Made by a program: the position numbers and the translations under genes
The notes under the pieces: generated by a model
Databases searched by the model: none
Told to the model about the DNA's origin: nothing
What the model saw: the letters and a program-made list of their open reading frames with translations, nothing else
From: a virus
Lineage: Duplodnaviria > Caudoviricetes
DNA: 27,781 bases
Virus record (IMG/VR): IMGVR_UViG_3300038530_001398
Span: 1 to 27,781 of that record
Direction: 5' to 3' (one strand)
Part shown: piece after piece, positions 16,803-26,228 of the stretch
How the letters are laid out: each line of letters begins with the position of its first letter
Position numbering within the stretch: the stretch's first letter is position 1

Positions 16803-17210
16803 ATGCCAACATTTACACATGGAAAGAATGCAGCATTTAAGTTTGATGATTCTGGAGGAACATTAAGAGATATATCTAATGTCTTAACTGATGTTGCAGT
16901 ATCAAGAACAGCAGATGTTGCAGAGGTATCGGCTTTTTCAAATTCTAGTAAGGCTTTCGTATCTGGTTTGACTGATGGTACGATAACCTTATCTGGTAGC
17001 TTTGATGCAACAGTCAATGGTTATTTAACAGGTATTCTAGGATCAGAAGTTGATTTTGAGTTCTATCCGATAGGAACTACCGGAGGAAATCCAAAGGCTA
17101 GTGGTAAAGCAATTTTGACAGCTTATGATAGAACACCAGACATCGCAGGAGCAGTCGGTTTTTCAGCGACTTTCCAACTTACAGGCACAATAACAGAGGG
17201 TAGTGCTTAG
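16803..17210 (+). CDS. Major tail (tube) protein
   Basis: HGKN...ADVAEVSAF...KAFVSGLTDGTITLSG...FSATFQLTG; AAGGAG SD; precedes the chaperone. Confidence 0.8.
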   Translation: MPTFTHGKNAAFKFDDSGGTLRDISNVLTDVAVSRTADVAEVSAFSNSSKAFVSGLTDGTITLSGSFDATVNGYLTGILGSEVDFEFYPIGTTGGNPKASGKAILTAYDRTPDIAGAVGFSATFQLTGTITEGSA

Positions 17211-17241
17211 AATATAGATTGAATTAAAAAAGGAGATCTAT

Positions 17242-17598
17242 ATGAAAAGATTAAAACTTGAGGATATATCTAATCCTCCAGCACTAAAAGAACAAGAAGT
17301 AGAGCTTGAACAATGGAACAAAACAGTTATTGTTCAGGGTTTGACAAAAGCAGATACTGTTGAAATCAATGAATTATCAGAAGATGAGAATGGTATTAGA
17401 AATGATGTCTTGTTTGAAAAGTATCTTTTGTTAAAAGGATTGAAAGATCCAGAGCTTGATTCTCTTGATGATGTTGATAACTTTTACAGCAATGCTACAT
17501 CACAAGTAATAGATCAAATATTACTAGGTATTTATAAGTGTATGGCATGGACTAAGGAGGATCAGGCTAATATAGCCGATAAGTTTCCAGAACAATGA
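17242..17598 (+). CDS. Tail assembly chaperone (gpG-like)
   Basis: Between tube and tape measure genes; VELEQWNKTVIVQGLT...DPEL; AAGGAG SD. Confidence 0.8.
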   Translation: MKRLKLEDISNPPALKEQEVELEQWNKTVIVQGLTKADTVEINELSEDENGIRNDVLFEKYLLLKGLKDPELDSLDDVDNFYSNATSQVIDQILLGIYKCMAWTKEDQANIADKFPEQ

Positions 17599-17776
17599 TG
17601 AGTTAGCTTTTGAGTTTCGTTTAGCTCTTGATCTAGGAATGACAGTTGATGAACTAAGGAAGAAGATGTCAATTCAGGAGTTTGAGTCTTGGAAGTTATA
17701 CTACATTGATAGGAATAAAAAAGAAACGAAAGCAATGACAGAGGCAAACGCAACACGAAAGTTAAGGAATAGATAA
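17585..17776 (+). CDS. Tail assembly chaperone extension (gpT-like), in the +1 frame (not in ORF track)
   Basis: FQNNDELAFEFRLALDLGMTVDELRKKMSIQEFESWKLYY...; its TAA overlaps the tape measure ATG. Confidence 0.75.
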   Translation, partial: FQNNDELAFEFRLALDLGMTVDELRKKMSIQEFESWKLYYIDRNKKETKAMTEANATRKLRNR

Positions 17777-19770
17777 TGGCTAGTGCAACACTAGAGATGA
17801 TTATTGACTTGGTAGGAGTCAATAAAGCAGCAAGAGGATTCAAAAAAATATCTAGTGGTCTTAAATTATTTAATGATGAGGCAGAAGAGGGATCAAAGAA
17901 AGCTAAAAAGTTTGGTAGTAGTCTTTCAGGGTTACAAAAAACAGCGATAGCTGGTGGAGCGTTAATAGCTGGTAAAGCATTATTTGATTTTTCAAAAGAG
18001 GCAGTAAATGCAGCAACGAGTGCAGATGAGGCAGCAGCAGCTTTTGGAACTACATTTGGAACAGCAGCACAAAGAGCAACAGAGTTTTTAGAAGATTTTG
18101 CAAATAAAGCTGGTCTTACTGTTGGAGAGGCTCAACAACTTACAGCAACTCTTGGAGCTGTTGCACAGGGTATCGGATTTACACAAGAAGAGTCAGCAGA
18201 TCTTTCTATTGAACTTACAAAGATTGCAGCAGATGTTGCATCTTTTTCTAACATTACAGCAGGAGCAGAGCCTGTGTTACAAGCATTTAGATCAGCTTTA
18301 GTTGGAGAGAGGGAGGCATTGAAAACCTATGGTATTGCAATCACAGAGGCAGAGGTACAAACAAAGGCTTTTGAGCAAACAGGTAAATTTTCGGCAGATA
18401 TGCTTACACGACAAGAAAAGGCTTTTGCCACTCTAGCTCTGATACAGGAAAAAGCAGCAGTTCAAATAGGGGATTTGGATCGTACTTTACTTTCTTTTGC
18501 TAACCAATCAAGAATAGTTGGAGCTGAACTTAGGGAACTTAGAGAGGATATAGGTAAAGAATTAATACCAGCATTAGAAATATTATTGCCAAAATTTAGA
18601 GAATTGGTAGAGGATATTGCTCCAAGTTTGATTGAGGGTTTTGGTAATGCTGCAACAACTGTTATTGATCTTGTTTTAGCTCTTGATAGATTCAATGATA
18701 TGGATGAGGGGTTATTATTTCTAATTAAAAACTTTAGAGAATTAGCTGAAGAACAAAGAGCTATCAACGAGGCTTTTGCTTTTGCCAATAGACTTACAAC
18801 AGAAAAAATAGTTGCAGAGGCTTTACTAAACACAGAAAAAAGAAAATCAAGAAACGAAAGTAATTTACAGAGAGTTGCATTTGAAAAGTTAGATACACAG
18901 TTACAAAAAAAATCTATACCATTACTCAAAACTTATATTGATTTAGTTGAAATGCTCACAGGGGAAGATGAAGATCTAACAGGTGCTGAAGATGAACTAA
19001 CAGATGCAAAAGATAGAGTTGCAGAGGCACAAAGAAAAGAGGCACTTGCAACAGCAGAAGAAAGATTACAAAAGAAAGAATTACAAGCACAGATTCAAGA
19101 ACTTTTATTTTTTCAAGAAAAGGGTATTGATGTTAGTGAGGAACTAGCAGTAGCACAAGAAAAATTAAGACTTGTTGAATTTGAACTCACAAGAGAATCA
19201 GAAGAATTACGAACTGCAAAAAAAGATCTTGCAGATATAGAAAAAGAACTATCTGCTGTTGTTGATGAAACAACAGATTCTTTTGCAGGTCAAGTAGAAC
19301 AATTTATAAAATTAAATGAACAAGCAGATATTTTTAATCAACTGAATGCAGATGAAGATTTTATGGATCTTGTTAAAGCAAATAAGGAACTAAATCCATT
19401 TATAGCAGCAAATCTTGGTGTATTGAGTGATATAGCTGAATTACAGGGATTAAATGAAAGAGCTAGAGAATTTGACAATTTTGCAAGAGCTGCTGAAAGA
19501 TTAGCAGATGCTCAAGAAAGATTGACAAATATTCCAAGAATTGAATTTACACCACCAGATTTTACACCTGATCCCGGAGATATACCATTAGATCCGGCAT
19601 TACAAAAAGCATTAGATCAAGCTCAAAATGGAAATGGTAATGGTGGAACAGGAAATGGAGATATTAATTTAGATCTTACAGTTGAAGTAGCTGGAGAGGA
19701 AGTTGATAGAGTTTTTAGATCTACCTTACAAAGACTAGAAAACGCAAATGGATTTATCACTAATTTTTAA
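17776..19770 (+). CDS. Tape measure protein
   Basis: Ala-rich helical 664 aa; AADVASFSN...ALVGEREALKTYGI motif; synteny. Confidence 0.9.
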   Translation: MASATLEMIIDLVGVNKAARGFKKISSGLKLFNDEAEEGSKKAKKFGSSLSGLQKTAIAGGALIAGKALFDFSKEAVNAATSADEAAAAFGTTFGTAAQRATEFLEDFANKAGLTVGEAQQLTATLGAVAQGIGFTQEESADLSIELTKIAADVASFSNITAGAEPVLQAFRSALVGEREALKTYGIAITEAEVQTKAFEQTGKFSADMLTRQEKAFATLALIQEKAAVQIGDLDRTLLSFANQSRIVGAELRELREDIGKELIPALEILLPKFRELVEDIAPSLIEGFGNAATTVIDLVLALDRFNDMDEGLLFLIKNFRELAEEQRAINEAFAFANRLTTEKIVAEALLNTEKRKSRNESNLQRVAFEKLDTQLQKKSIPLLKTYIDLVEMLTGEDEDLTGAEDELTDAKDRVAEAQRKEALATAEERLQKKELQAQIQELLFFQEKGIDVSEELAVAQEKLRLVEFELTRESEELRTAKKDLADIEKELSAVVDETTDSFAGQVEQFIKLNEQADIFNQLNADEDFMDLVKANKELNPFIAANLGVLSDIAELQGLNERAREFDNFARAAERLADAQERLTNIPRIEFTPPDFTPDPGDIPLDPALQKALDQAQNGNGNGGTGNGDINLDLTVEVAGEEVDRVFRSTLQRLENANGFITNF

Positions 19771-19772
19771 TT

Positions 19773-21017
19773 ATGTCAGTAGCTTTTGATTCAGATGTAA
19801 CATTAACTTGCGAAATAGCTTTTGATTCTAATCCATTAGATTCTTCTCAAACATTTACAGATGTATCTGCTTTTCTTCGTAGTTTTAAAATATCAAGAGG
19901 AAGAGCATCAAACTTAACAGAGTTTCAGCCCGGAACAGCAGTTGTTGAATTAGATAATTCAGATAACAGATTTTCTCCGAATCAAACTACACATTTCTTT
20001 GATTCATCAACAAATAGAACTAAAGTACAGCCACTAAAAAGATTAAGAATAAAAGCTGCATATTCTGGTACAACATATACTTTATTTACAGGTTTTGTAG
20101 AATCTTTCCCGGTAAATTATCCTCTTGCAGGTCAAGATTCTGTTGTAAAAATAAAAGTAATTGATGCTTTCAAGCTATTTCATAATGCAACATTAGATTC
20201 AGTTGGCTGGAAACTAGGTACATCTTTACTTGGACAAACTACAAGACTTGCATTCGGACAAACACAAGAATTATCTTCTGTAAGAGCAGCAAATATATTA
20301 AATTCATTTGGTTACACAAATCAATCAATATCAACAGGTACATTACAGGTACAAACACAATCAACAACAGATACATTACTTGCAGCTCTTCAAGCTGTTG
20401 AAAGAGCAGAGAATGGTACATTTTTTATTGCAGCAAATGGTAATGCTACATTTAGAGATCGTAATTTTAGATTAACAAACACAACAACACCAGATGCTAC
20501 ATTTGGGCAGGGTGGATCAGATTTGCCTTATTCAGATATAGTTTCTTCTTATGATGATACAAAAATTATTAATACAGTTTTACTTACTAGGACAGGTGGA
20601 TCACAACAAACAGCAGTTTCTGATGATTCTGTGCAAAGATTTGGTACACACACATTAAAAAGAACAGGTTTGCTTAATATTCAGGATTCTGATGTTTCTT
20701 CTATTGCAAATCAAAAAGTTGTTGAAAATGATATACCACAAACATCAGTAGCAAGTTTGACATTTAAACCACAAGTAGATACTTCATTATGGGCAAAGGC
20801 TTTAGGTTTAGATATTGGAGCTTTTGTAAAAACTAATGTTTTGACTCCATCTGGTACAACAGAATCTTATGATTTGTTTATTGAAAACATAAGCCATAAT
20901 GTTGATTCAAGAACTAAAACTTGGACATGGAAAATAGGTCTATCTCCAGCAGAAACCGGAGCATGGATTTTGGGAGTTTCAAAGTTAGGAATTGATACTA
21001 ACATAAGTTATACTTAA
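19773..21017 (+). CDS. Minor tail / hub protein
   Basis: ISRGR...PGTAVVELDNSDNRFSP...LFTGFVE...G.FFI..NG.ATFRDR; follows the tape measure gene. Confidence 0.75.
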   Translation: MSVAFDSDVTLTCEIAFDSNPLDSSQTFTDVSAFLRSFKISRGRASNLTEFQPGTAVVELDNSDNRFSPNQTTHFFDSSTNRTKVQPLKRLRIKAAYSGTTYTLFTGFVESFPVNYPLAGQDSVVKIKVIDAFKLFHNATLDSVGWKLGTSLLGQTTRLAFGQTQELSSVRAANILNSFGYTNQSISTGTLQVQTQSTTDTLLAALQAVERAENGTFFIAANGNATFRDRNFRLTNTTTPDATFGQGGSDLPYSDIVSSYDDTKIINTVLLTRTGGSQQTAVSDDSVQRFGTHTLKRTGLLNIQDSDVSSIANQKVVENDIPQTSVASLTFKPQVDTSLWAKALGLDIGAFVKTNVLTPSGTTESYDLFIENISHNVDSRTKTWTWKIGLSPAETGAWILGVSKLGIDTNISYT

Positions 21018-21034
21018 AAAAATAAAGGAGAATT

Positions 21035-21919
21035 ATGGCAGCCGGTGGATGGTTTGATTGGACAACAGGAGATTTAGTAACCGAGTCTAGGTTTCAAGAT
21101 ATACAAGATAGTATTGTATTCATTTTTAGCTCTGAAAGTGCAGCAAATTCAGCCCTTACAAACAAAGTTGAGGGAACAATATTTTATGACACCACAGCAA
21201 ATTTAATTAAGGCATGGAATGGATCTGCTTGGATTGCTGCTGAATCAGGCGATATTGAGGGCATCACAACGAGCTCTACATCTGGTTTAGCAGGTGGTGC
21301 TACATCTGGAACACCAAGCCTTAGTGTATCTCCAAACTCGGCAACATCAGGTACGATTGCAGCAGGAGATGAAATACTTTTTGGAGATATATCTGATAGT
21401 AACAATCTTAAAAAAGCCACAGCACAAACGATTGCCGATTTAGCTAGTGTTACATCACTTATAACAAATGTAACAGTAAAAGTGGCAGATGATGGATCAG
21501 GTAGTCAAAATGTCTTTTATATGCTTTCTGGATCAGATACAGGATCAGGAACTAAAACACCAGCTTTAGATATTTCATTTGGTATGAAAGTACGATTTGA
21601 TGTTTCAGATTCTTCATTTTCAGGACATAATTTTAAATTTTCAACAACAAAAGATGGTAATCATGGTGGAGGATCTGAATTTACAACAAATGTAACTACA
21701 AATGGATCTCCGGGCAGTACAGGTGCTTATGTACAATTAGAGGTAACACCTGAAACATTAGGAACAGCAACAGCAACAGGATCAACAGTTGGCACACTTT
21801 ATTATTATTGCAATAACTCCGGTCATTCTGGTATGGGAGGAGAGGGAAGATTAAGTCTTTTTCCTGCTACTTCAACAGGTGGAGGAGCAAGTGTTGGACT
21901 AATATTAGCTTTAGGCTAG
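21035..21919 (+). CDS. Tail fiber/tip protein with a C-terminal cupredoxin-like domain
   Basis: EGTIFYDT...WNGSAW fiber motif; RFDVSDSSFSGHNFKFSTT...LYYYCNNSGHSGMGG. Confidence 0.7.
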   Translation: MAAGGWFDWTTGDLVTESRFQDIQDSIVFIFSSESAANSALTNKVEGTIFYDTTANLIKAWNGSAWIAAESGDIEGITTSSTSGLAGGATSGTPSLSVSPNSATSGTIAAGDEILFGDISDSNNLKKATAQTIADLASVTSLITNVTVKVADDGSGSQNVFYMLSGSDTGSGTKTPALDISFGMKVRFDVSDSSFSGHNFKFSTTKDGNHGGGSEFTTNVTTNGSPGSTGAYVQLEVTPETLGTATATGSTVGTLYYYCNNSGHSGMGGEGRLSLFPATSTGGGASVGLILALG

Positions 21920-21929
21920 AAAGGATAAA

Positions 21930-22265
21930 ATGGCTGAAACATATAAAAATGCACGATTGGCAATAACAAACTCCGAGCAAACACTATACACTAATGGAAG
22001 TGGTGGAGCTGGGATAATTGTTTCATTAATTATTACAAACATTGATGGATCAGCAGATGACACAGTAACAGTAAAAGTTAGAGATTCTTCTGCATCAGCA
22101 GATACAGAAATAGCTAGTACAATGACTGTTCCAGCAGATTCACGATTAGATGTTTGTGGAGATAATACTAAAGTGTTTTTAGAAAATGGCGACAGCATAA
22201 AGATTACAGGAGGAGCAGCCTCAGGAGATCTTATAGCATTAGCGAGTATTTTAGAGATTACATAA
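21930..22265 (+). CDS. Small tail-associated beta-sandwich protein
   Basis: LYT...IITNIDG...VPADSRL...KVFLENGDSI...SILEIT. Confidence 0.65.
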   Translation: MAETYKNARLAITNSEQTLYTNGSGGAGIIVSLIITNIDGSADDTVTVKVRDSSASADTEIASTMTVPADSRLDVCGDNTKVFLENGDSIKITGGAASGDLIALASILEIT

Positions 22266-22274
22266 AGGGGAAAT

Positions 22275-22898
22275 ATGCCATTCAGCTATGTGGGGAATTT
22301 TCCTAACCAAAAAATTAAAAATTCTGGTATTTTTTCTCCAGAAGATGTTTTAAATTTATCATCTGTTGGAGAGTATGGTGGTAGTTTAGAGTTTATTGCG
22401 CAAGAAACTTATTCATCATCAGTTTCTACTGTTGATTTTCTTAATATAAAAGAAAATAAATTTGATGTTCATGTATTAGAAATTATTTCTCTTAAAATTT
22501 CGCCAACTAATTCAGGTGTCAGAGTTCAAATGTATGAAAATGGAGTTTTAGAAAGTGGCACAGTTTATCATGGTGCTAGGCAGGTTTGTGGTGTATCAGG
22601 AACTTTCTTAGAGCAAAAGGATACAACATATAGCGGAATTGTTGTTGGTGGTAGTACAACAACTGCAACAGGTCATAATACAATGGCATATATATATTTG
22701 TATAATCTTGGCAACTCAAGTAAATACAGTTTTTCCAACATTCACGATATGACTTTTGATTATTATGAGGCTGGTGTTTCTAATTTTGGTCTTTTTGTAT
22801 TACCACAAGCTAGTTCAGTAAATGGTTTAAGAGTTACAACAACATCTGGTAATTTTACAGATTTTGATATAAAACTTTATGGAGTGAAAAAAATTTAA
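22275..22898 (+). CDS. Tail-tip beta-sandwich protein, cassette 1 type A
   Basis: Paralog of 25141..25716 (GIFSP.DV, LE.I, F.N....K..VH.L, E.G.LESG.VYH, LPQ.S.V.G, LYG). Confidence 0.75.
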   Translation: MPFSYVGNFPNQKIKNSGIFSPEDVLNLSSVGEYGGSLEFIAQETYSSSVSTVDFLNIKENKFDVHVLEIISLKISPTNSGVRVQMYENGVLESGTVYHGARQVCGVSGTFLEQKDTTYSGIVVGGSTTTATGHNTMAYIYLYNLGNSSKYSFSNIHDMTFDYYEAGVSNFGLFVLPQASSVNGLRVTTTSGNFTDFDIKLYGVKKI

Positions 22899-22899
22899 C

Positions 22900-23421
22900 A
22901 TGAGTAATTTAAGATTATTAAATCAAACAGATGTAACAAGTGCAAGTCAAATAAATATTACAGATGTATTTACTTCTGATTTCGATATATACAAAATTGA
23001 ATTTGATTATTCTTTTGATGCTACTTCTAATATAAGTGCAAGATTAATAAATTCAAGTGGAAGTGCTGTAAGTACAGCTAATTATGATTTTGCTTACTTG
23101 CAAACAAGAACAGATACAAGTTTTAGTGAGGGCAGAGGTACAGGTAGCACAAATTTTTATTATTTAGGAAGTTCAACTGCTGGAAGTACGCTTGGAGGTG
23201 GAACTATACTTTATATACTAAATCCATTTTCTACCTCATCTTATACTTTTATGATTTATCAAAATTCTGGTAGTTATAGTTCATCCACTGCACTAGGTTA
23301 TAAAGGGATAGCAATTTTAAAAGAAAATAGTTCAATCACAGGTTTTCAATTAGATACTTTGACTACAAATAATTTTACCAATACAAAAGTAAGAACTTAT
23401 GGATTGAGAGTTGATAGCTAA
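22900..23421 (+). CDS. Tail-tip beta-sandwich protein, cassette 1 type B
   Basis: Paralog of 25716..26228 (NL.L, FT...D.YK, RL..S.G, YD.A, SSYTF..Q, YK.I, ITG). Confidence 0.75.
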   Translation: MSNLRLLNQTDVTSASQINITDVFTSDFDIYKIEFDYSFDATSNISARLINSSGSAVSTANYDFAYLQTRTDTSFSEGRGTGSTNFYYLGSSTAGSTLGGGTILYILNPFSTSSYTFMIYQNSGSYSSSTALGYKGIAILKENSSITGFQLDTLTTNNFTNTKVRTYGLRVDS

Positions 23422-23933
23422 TGGCAGGTAAATTAGTACAAGTAGCAACAAGTACAGTAAGCGGTACTTCAACAAATGCAGTTGATTTAATTGGAACAAC
23501 TACTGATGATGTATATATGGTTGCTTTAACAAATGCAAGTACAACTTCAGATGGACAAATTAGAACAAGAGTTTTAGTTAGTAGTAGTGCAGATACAAGT
23601 TCAGAATACGATCAAGCAAGTAAGGCACTTATAGCAAATGCGTCTTTTAGTAATGATACACAAACGAATGCAGATCAGTGGCGATTTATGTTTACAGGTA
23701 ATCAAGCTAACGAAACTCAATCAGCAATAATATATTTATATAATTTTAATGACAGTTCAGAATACAGTTTTGTAACAAATGAAGTAGCAGGTTGGACTAA
23801 TGATCCAAGACTTTATGGATTGCAAGGTGGTGCAGTACAAACTGAGGCACAAAGTTGCAATGGTATTAGGTTTTATGCTTTAAATGGAAATTTAAGTGAT
23901 GGAAGTAAATTTACATTGTATAAGGTGGTATGA
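23421..23933 (+). CDS. Tail-tip beta-sandwich protein, cassette 1 type C
   Basis: Paralog of 26228..26746 (MAG.L, AV.L.G, AD..SEYD.A, NE, L.NF...SE.S..T.E, L.G.QG, GN....KF.L). Confidence 0.75.
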   Translation: MAGKLVQVATSTVSGTSTNAVDLIGTTTDDVYMVALTNASTTSDGQIRTRVLVSSSADTSSEYDQASKALIANASFSNDTQTNADQWRFMFTGNQANETQSAIIYLYNFNDSSEYSFVTNEVAGWTNDPRLYGLQGGAVQTEAQSCNGIRFYALNGNLSDGSKFTLYKVV

Positions 23934-23934
23934 C

Positions 23935-24849
23935 ATGACAACACAAAAACAATTCGGTGTAATAGGAAATGTTCCAGATCAATCATTTGCAAATCTACCA
24001 AGAAAATATAATCCAATAGTAAAACCAAATGAATATACAATAGAATATTTAGTTATAGCTGGATCAGGTGGATCAGCACAGGGTGGCGGAGGATCAGGAG
24101 CAGGGGGTTACAGAAACTCTTATGCAACTGAAACATCTGGAGATGGATCATCAACTGAAACACCAATATCAGTAAAAGGATCAGCATTTTTTGAAGTTAC
24201 TGTTGGAGCAGGTGCATCAGGAACTATTGGCGGAAGTAATCCAAGCAATGGCTCTAATTCAAGTTTTGGAAATATTGTATCAATAGGTGGAGGATCTGGT
24301 GGAAGATACGATCAACATTCTGGACAATCTGGAGGCTCTGGTGGGGGGGGAGGCACAGGAGCAACAGGTGCAGGTAGTGGAACAGCTAATCAGGGTGGAG
24401 ATGGAACAGCAGGTCAATCCAATACAGCCGGAGGTGGTGGAGGGGGAGCATCAGGCAATGCAAGTGCCTCATCTACTAACAATGGTGGTAATGGAGGAAA
24501 TGGTCTAGCATCTTCAATTACAGGATCTTCAGTTACACGAGCTGGAGGTGGGGGAGGTACAGGTAACTCCTATGGAGGCTCTGGGGGATCTGGAGGAGGA
24601 GGAGCAGGTGCAAATACTTCATCAGGTGCAGGAGGTAATGGTACTGCTAACACCGGATCTGGTGCTGGAGGAGGCTATAAAAATCCAGCAGGAGCAGGTG
24701 GAAATGGTGGATCAGGAGTAGTAATTATTAGAGTTCCAGATTTTGTAAATGTTACTGTTGGATCAGGTTTGACATCATCAACATCAACAAGTGGAAGTTC
24801 TAAAATTGTAACATTTACAGCAGGAACAGATATAGTGAGTTTTTCATAA
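23935..24849 (+). CDS. Glycine-rich tail fiber/adhesin-like protein
   Basis: EYLVIAG.GG...GAGGYR, VTVGAG, RAGGGGG, GTANTGSGAGG, GGSGVVIIR. ATG 23935 follows the upstream TGA. Confidence 0.8.
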   Translation: MTTQKQFGVIGNVPDQSFANLPRKYNPIVKPNEYTIEYLVIAGSGGSAQGGGGSGAGGYRNSYATETSGDGSSTETPISVKGSAFFEVTVGAGASGTIGGSNPSNGSNSSFGNIVSIGGGSGGRYDQHSGQSGGSGGGGGTGATGAGSGTANQGGDGTAGQSNTAGGGGGGASGNASASSTNNGGNGGNGLASSITGSSVTRAGGGGGTGNSYGGSGGSGGGGAGANTSSGAGGNGTANTGSGAGGGYKNPAGAGGNGGSGVVIIRVPDFVNVTVGSGLTSSTSTSGSSKIVTFTAGTDIVSFS

Positions 24850-25148
24850 TGGCACATTACGCATTTTTAGATGAAAATTCTATCGTTACTGAAGTTATAG
24901 TAGGTAAGGATGAGGGTAATGGTGTTGATTGGGAAGAATATTATGGAAATATTAGAAAACAAACATGTAAAAGAACTTCTTATAATACTCTAGCCAATGA
25001 ACATAAATTGGGTGGTACTGCATATCGTGGTAACTACGCATCAATAGGATATACTTATGATGATACAAATGATGTGTTTATTGCTCCAAAACCAGCAGAT
25101 AATTACACATTAAATACTGAAACTTGGACATGGGAAGAAGATGAGTAA
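24849..25148 (+). CDS. Small partner of the Gly-rich protein (assembly/chaperone-like)
   Basis: MAHYAFLDENSIVTEVIVG...RTSYN...NYASIGYTYD...FIAPKP; TAATG-coupled. Confidence 0.7.
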   Translation: MAHYAFLDENSIVTEVIVGKDEGNGVDWEEYYGNIRKQTCKRTSYNTLANEHKLGGTAYRGNYASIGYTYDDTNDVFIAPKPADNYTLNTETWTWEEDE

Positions 25149-25716
25149 TAAAGGAATATTTAGCCCAAAAGATGTAAAATTTTTAATGGATTTTGAACAA
25201 TATCCAATGTTAGGACAATTAGAATTGATACAAACACAAAATATTACTACTGCACAATCAAGTGTAATATTTAGTAATCTTCAAAACGATAAATACCAAG
25301 TTCATTTTTTAATAGCATCAAATTATCATCCTGCTACTAATGATAGATTAGGAATGCAATTTTTTGAAAGTGGAACATTAGAATCTGGAAGTGTATATCA
25401 CATAGCATATAGGTATGGTTATTACAGTTCATCATTTGGACATAATAAATCAACAAGTTCTAATCATATTAAAATATGCCCAGATGAAGAAGATGATACA
25501 GGAGATAGTAGTAGTGGTTATTGTTACATTTATAATGCAGCCGATCCTAATCAATACACTTTTACCACACAACAAATGGTAGGAACTGATTACTTTAGAT
25601 TTGGTGGTGGTTGTTTACCACAAAAAAGTGTTGTTGATGGAATAAAATTATTTGGGGATGATAATGGACAGGATTTTACAGGCACTTTTTCCCTTTATGG
25701 TATAAGGTTTACATAA
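25141..25716 (+). CDS. Tail-tip beta-sandwich protein, cassette 2 type A'
   Basis: Paralog of 22275..22898 but lacking its first ~14 aa. Confidence 0.75.
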   Translation: MSNKGIFSPKDVKFLMDFEQYPMLGQLELIQTQNITTAQSSVIFSNLQNDKYQVHFLIASNYHPATNDRLGMQFFESGTLESGSVYHIAYRYGYYSSSFGHNKSTSSNHIKICPDEEDDTGDSSSGYCYIYNAADPNQYTFTTQQMVGTDYFRFGGGCLPQKSVVDGIKLFGDDNGQDFTGTFSLYGIRFT

Positions 25717-26228
25717 TGGCAACGAATTTACAATTAATAGAATCTTTCAACTCTACTGTTGCAACATTGAACTTAGTAAATATTTTTACTGATAAATATG
25801 ATAATTACAAACTAATAGCATCAAATTATGCCAACAGCTCTGCAACAACTAATTATAATGTTAGATTATTAGATAGTGGTGGAAACAGGATAGCTGATTC
25901 AGAGTACGATAACGCAACATATATTTTAGATAGTAACGCATCTCCTGCTGAATATAGAGGAGAGGGTAATAGTTTATTTAGATACTTTCCTGTTACAAAT
26001 TCAAGTTATAATGTTGGAATCGGAACTGCTATTGATGTGTTTAGCCCAAATAATAGTTCAAGTTATACATTTTTACAATGGCAGGGTACTGCATGGTCTG
26101 GAACAAAAATTTATAATTATAAAGCTATTGGAGTTCACAAAGTTGCAGAACAAATAACAGGCATAGAAATAGTTGCTAATTCTGGAACTATGAATGGTTT
26201 TAGAGTATCTGTGTTTGGAGTAAAGTAA
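25716..26228 (+). CDS. Tail-tip beta-sandwich protein, cassette 2 type B'
   Basis: Paralog of 22900..23421; TAATG-coupled. Confidence 0.75.
   Translation: MATNLQLIESFNSTVATLNLVNIFTDKYDNYKLIASNYANSSATTNYNVRLLDSGGNRIADSEYDNATYILDSNASPAEYRGEGNSLFRYFPVTNSSYNVGIGTAIDVFSPNNSSSYTFLQWQGTAWSGTKIYNYKAIGVHKVAEQITGIEIVANSGTMNGFRVSVFGVK

Noticed and set aside
24343-24350. G8 homopolymer as a phase-variation switch
   Set aside because: Explained by consecutive Gly codons in a Gly-rich gene; the frame is intact.
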